From Candidatus Harpocratesius repetitus (lineage in GTDB: Archaea; Asgardarchaeota; Lokiarchaeia; Sigyniarchaeales; Promethearchaeaceae), in assembly GCA_021498095.1 (NCBI GenBank), contig JAIZWK010000001.1, positions 1,140,001 to 1,172,000 of the forward strand: a stretch of 32,000 nt of DNA, given 5' to 3'. Below the pieces are notes generated by a model. The model saw only the letters and a list, made by a program, of their open reading frames with translations. It searched no databases and had not been told where the DNA came from. This document shows, piece after piece, positions 28,349-32,000 of the stretch (position 1 is its first letter; each line of letters begins with the position of its first letter). Both the position numbers and the translations under genes were made by a program.

Positions 28349-29122
28349 TCAAATGCTTAAATTGTATTTCCATGGTATCGAAATTTGGTTTTGTTTTTGC
28401 AGAATTTCTAAAACAATTACTATTACTACAATCAAAGTTAAGCAACTTAGTACTAACCAATCTTTTCTTTTCATTTGCAGTTTTCGATAAAAAGTGGGCT
28501 TTTTTAAAACACCAAAACCTCGTGTTTCTAATGCTTCTGCTACATGAAACGCTCGACGAATGGAACCAATAATAAGAGGAATTAATAAAGGAAAGAAATT
28601 GCGCGCCTGTTGGAATAATCCACCTTTATTGAATTGATGTCCTCGACTTTTTTGTGCTTCAATTATATTTTCAGTTTCTTGAGCCATAGTGGGAATAAAA
28701 CGAAAAGCTAAAGAGAGAGTAAAAGCCATATTATACGGTATATGGATTTGAATCAAACTCTGAGAGAGATCTTCAGGCATTGTCGTTTGAAAAAACACTG
28801 CAAATACCATCATGAAGTTAAAAAAACGCAAAATTAGAATAAAAGCTAAATTTAAACTCTGCATATAGGAATTGATAATAAAAATTAGTAAATAAATCAG
28901 CCATAAAGACTGAATACCCTCAATTAATTTCGTTCCTAAACCAGATAAAATCATTATACTTATTGCAAACATAGTAACCATTAGTAATGATAACAAATCA
29001 CCAACAACCATTACGAGAGTTCCATATAGAAGAATGATAAGCCCCTTTGTTCGCGGATCTAAACTATGGAAAAAGGTAGTTTTCTTCATAAAGTTAAATG
29101 TTTGGGTAATTTTCAGCGACAT
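28349..29122 (-). CDS. ecfT: Energy-coupling factor transporter transmembrane component
   Basis: LDPRTK N-terminus, LAFRFIP, AQKSRG and AEALETRGF conserved Arg motifs. Confidence 0.92.
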   Translation of the reverse strand: MSLKITQTFNFMKKTTFFHSLDPRTKGLIILLYGTLVMVVGDLLSLLMVTMFAISIMILSGLGTKLIEGIQSLWLIYLLIFIINSYMQSLNLAFILILRFFNFMMVFAVFFQTTMPEDLSQSLIQIHIPYNMAFTLSLAFRFIPTMAQETENIIEAQKSRGHQFNKGGLFQQARNFFPLLIPLIIGSIRRAFHVAEALETRGFGVLKKPTFYRKLQMKRKDWLVLSCLTLIVVIVIVLEILQKQNQISIPWKYNLSI

Positions 29123-31062
29123 GATTTGAAAAACCTCTCTAATTGTTCGATTGACAAAATATTAGATGGAAGTTGGGGAAATTCTTGACGTAATTGAGCA
29201 TAAAGTGATGAGAAGGCAGGAGGTTTAAGATGACATTTTTTTAAAAGATAATGATCTTGAAAAATAAAATTTGGATGATCATCAGCAATAATTTGACCTT
29301 GATCGAACACAATTATTCTTGTTGCAATTTGAATGAGAAATTCAAGATCATGAGAAATTACAATAATCGTTTTATCTTTTGAGCAAGCGTCAATAATAAT
29401 ATCTTGCAATTTTTGTTTTTCTTTCGCATCTTGACCGATTGTAGGTTCGTCAAAAATAATGATATCTGGATTTCGACAAAGAATTGAAGCTAAAGCAATT
29501 TTCTTTTTTTGACCTCCTGATAAACTAAATGGCGACATATTTTTGAATTGGTCGATTTCAAGCAATTTTAAGGTTTCATCAATTCTCTTTTCTCGTTCAG
29601 CAGTTGAAAGGGGAAGATTTTTTAAAGAAAATTGAAGTTCGGCTTCTACTGTGTTTGAAAAAAGTTGATGATCGGGATTTTGAAAAATTAAACCAATTTT
29701 TTGAGTAATTTGGTGTATTTCAAGATACTTTGTATTTTTTCCATCTAAATAGATATTTCCAGAAAAATTCGATAGAAGATTGGTTATACATCGCACAAAA
29801 GTGCTTTTTCCTGCTCCATTTTTACCGACAATTCCTACAATTTCACCTGTGAAAAATTGGGTGGAATTATTTTGAAGAACAGGTAAATCAATTGAATTTA
29901 TGTTATTGAAAGATTTTAAAGAATTCTTTTTTTTCTTTTTGTCTTTCAATTTTTTGATAATATCAGTTAAGAAAAAGCCTTTATCTGATTTTTTTATTGA
30001 ACCTTCATAAGAGAACGATAAATTTTCAATAGATAAGATCGGTTCAGTTCTACTAAAAGAGTTTTTCCTTATATTTTGTCCCCGTTCTTCAATTTTTGAA
30101 GGTAATTCATTAATTAAAAATTGATTTTGCTTTTCAATCACTTGGTCATTTAATAATTTTAATTGATTTTGGCAGTATTTCCTTAAATACTCGAGCTGCT
30201 CCGTCTGAGTTATGGGTATTGCTGATATTTTTTGTTGTTCTTCTTTTTTATTCTCTTTTTCATTATTATCAGTATCTTGATGAGAGTAAAACCAATGTAA
30301 AAGTACCGGAATATCTATTCCTAATCGATATAAGACATCTTGTTTAAGTAGAGTAAAAGTTGGTTCTTTTGATTGGAGTTTGCCTTCATTAATAACGATG
30401 ATTTCATCCACCGCGTTTAAAACATATTCCAAACGATGCTCCGAAATAATAATCGTTTTTCCTTCATCTTGCTGTAACTGAACTAATAAATGCATGATAT
30501 CTGAAGCTGTGAGAGGATCTAAGCTGGATAAAGGTTCATCGAGTACAATTATTTCTGGATTTAATGCTAAAATGGAAGCAATTGCCACTCTTTGCTGTTC
30601 TCCTCCACTTAATTCATAAGGAGAACGATTAAGTAAATTCTCAATTTTAGTTAATTTAATTGCTTTATTAATTTGTGCTGAAATATGTTGTCTTGAATAT
30701 CCTAAATTTTCAAGAGCAAATGTTAATTCCCTTTCAACAGACATGGAAAAAAGTTGATTTTCGGGATTTTGAAAAACAGTACCCACGTGTTTAGATAATT
30801 GTGCTGGTGAAGAATCTATTGAATCAATACCTTTGATTTTCACATATCCAAAAAACCTACCATGATAAAAATGAGGAATAAGACCATTAATAGCACGAAT
30901 TAATGATGTTTTTCCAGATCCTGTTGGACCGGCTAATAAATAGAATTTTTTAGGTTCAATGATTATATTTATTTTGTTTAATGCTAATTGTTTGCTTGTT
31001 TTATATATAAATGAAAAATCTTGACATTCTATCGGATTTAAAATTGTTGATGTTGAGATCAT
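29113..31062 (-). CDS. ecfA: Fused tandem ECF-type ABC ATPase (EcfA-EcfA')
   Basis: Two NBDs: GPTGSGKT/VFQNPENQ/LSGGEQQR/VLDEP and GKNGAGKS/IFQNPDHQ/LSGGQKKK/IFDEPT. Confidence 0.92.
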   Translation of the reverse strand: MISTSTILNPIECQDFSFIYKTSKQLALNKINIIIEPKKFYLLAGPTGSGKTSLIRAINGLIPHFYHGRFFGYVKIKGIDSIDSSPAQLSKHVGTVFQNPENQLFSMSVERELTFALENLGYSRQHISAQINKAIKLTKIENLLNRSPYELSGGEQQRVAIASILALNPEIIVLDEPLSSLDPLTASDIMHLLVQLQQDEGKTIIISEHRLEYVLNAVDEIIVINEGKLQSKEPTFTLLKQDVLYRLGIDIPVLLHWFYSHQDTDNNEKENKKEEQQKISAIPITQTEQLEYLRKYCQNQLKLLNDQVIEKQNQFLINELPSKIEERGQNIRKNSFSRTEPILSIENLSFSYEGSIKKSDKGFFLTDIIKKLKDKKKKKNSLKSFNNINSIDLPVLQNNSTQFFTGEIVGIVGKNGAGKSTFVRCITNLLSNFSGNIYLDGKNTKYLEIHQITQKIGLIFQNPDHQLFSNTVEAELQFSLKNLPLSTAEREKRIDETLKLLEIDQFKNMSPFSLSGGQKKKIALASILCRNPDIIIFDEPTIGQDAKEKQKLQDIIIDACSKDKTIIVISHDLEFLIQIATRIIVFDQGQIIADDHPNFIFQDHYLLKKCHLKPPAFSSLYAQLRQEFPQLPSNILSIEQLERFFKSCR

Positions 31063-31071
31063 TGAAGTTAC

Positions 31072-32000
31072 CTACAGTAGAAATTCGCGAAGTAGTTTTA
31101 AGAGTTTGGATTCAATAATTGGAAAGAAAAAAGCATCGAATTCTTGTTTGTTTGGTCGTTTTGCTTGCTTATCAAAAAGATTTGAGTTTTGTTTAATTGA
31201 TTCTAATGTTCCATAAGCACCAGCTGCACCATCATGCCCTCCTCCTGAACCTTGCCATTGATTTCCAAATTTAGTCATGAATTTTCCAAGGTGAAAATCA
31301 AAATTTTGTATGACTTCTTCGCGTACTCTTCCAGAGATTCGGAAAAGTAACTTTTTTCGCTCAAATGCAACAACAAAAGCAATATCTGCTCCTAAATCTA
31401 TTAATGCTTTGCATGCAGATGCTTCATAGCTACTAACATGACTAATTGCAACAATCATCCTATTTACATAATGAAGGTCTGATAGTCGTTTTGCTGCTTT
31501 CAATCGAGCTATTTTTTCAGGACGAGCCATTTTATTTGTCAAAGCAACATTTATTTCAGAAATCTTTATTTCTCTATCTAATAAAATCTTTGCGTTATCA
31601 AGTGTTCGTGCATTAGCATAGCGAAAATGACCTGTATCGGTAATAATACCTGCTAAAAGAAATTTTGCAATATTAATATCTGGTTCATATTGTAAAGTAC
31701 GGTAAAATTCAATAATAATTTCAGTTGCTGATGAGTAATCGGGGAGAATATGCATGTAATCATAACGTATTGATGCATTAAGATCAATATGATGATGATC
31801 AATAACCACAATATGATCAATTTCAATGATTTTTTTTGTAGAGTCGATAGAATATGGTGCACCTACCATTTCATAATCAGAAGTATCCACCATAATCATA
31901 AGTTCTATATGTTGAGGCCACTCCTTTTCAATAATACTTAAAGGAGAATCAAAATTGAAATGCTGAAATATATTTGCAGCTGTTTTATTTAGTTCAGGAA
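31072..32000 (-). CDS. DHH-family phosphoesterase (DHH + DHHA1); 5' end lies beyond the window
   Basis: MVDT, VIDHHH, AGIITDTGHF and GSGGGHDGAAG. The frame stays open from 31899 to the window end (PELNKTAANIFQHF...), so the track start is internal. Confidence 0.88.
   Translation of the reverse strand, partial: PELNKTAANIFQHFNFDSPLSIIEKEWPQHIELMIMVDTSDYEMVGAPYSIDSTKKIIEIDHIVVIDHHHIDLNASIRYDYMHILPDYSSATEIIIEFYRTLQYEPDINIAKFLLAGIITDTGHFRYANARTLDNAKILLDREIKISEINVALTNKMARPEKIARLKAAKRLSDLHYVNRMIVAISHVSSYEASACKALIDLGADIAFVVAFERKKLLFRISGRVREEVIQNFDFHLGKFMTKFGNQWQGSGGGHDGAAGAYGTLESIKQNSNLFDKQAKRPNKQEFDAFFFPIIESKLLKLLREFLL

Noticed and set aside
1150-31862. Other short track ORFs overlapping well-supported genes (e.g. 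1150-1461, 7626-7826, 8179-8373, 11158-11355, 11272-11583, 13198-13386, 14139-14330, 15103-15393, 18206-18457, 18746-18991, 20855-21043, 23479-23799, 25373-25567, 28372-28572, 31653-31862)
   Set aside because: Antisense or off-frame to genes with clear motifs, and they carry no motifs of their own.

Overview
AT-rich (roughly 30% GC by eye) archaeal chromosomal window, most likely from an Asgard archaeon (Lokiarchaeia-like). Supporting clues are a Loki-CTERM-type sorting tail, an SmAP3, an AN1-rhomboid fusion, an FHA fusion, a heptad-repeat PD-(D/E)xK protein and an intron-containing archaeal tRNA. The left end (1-6136, minus strand) holds the most interesting locus: three large uncharacterised genes, then an AAA+ ATPase, then the N-terminal head of an SMC-family ATPase. 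The SMC gene is missing from the ORF track because it runs off the window. This may be an undescribed SMC/condensin-like (Wadjet/MksBEF/SMC5-6-like) system. The middle carries galK, SmAP3, two orphan DNA methyltransferases, an AN1-rhomboid pseudoprotease, an FHA-site-2 protease fusion, a repeat protein, AlaX, a HAD hydrolase, an RCK membrane protein, a frameshifted beta-helix surface protein and an alpha/beta hydrolase with Cys in the nucleophile position. At 22929-23059 is a tRNA-Lys(UUU) with two introns. After it comes a mobile-element-rich stretch: an internally deleted IS66-family element with intact TIRs and an 8-bp TSD, a transposase relic, a start-less S8 protease and a frameshifted IS4/ISH3-like element. 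The right end has ecfT, a fused ecfA and a DHH phosphoesterase that runs off the window. All calls come from manual motif reading; no database searches were run.
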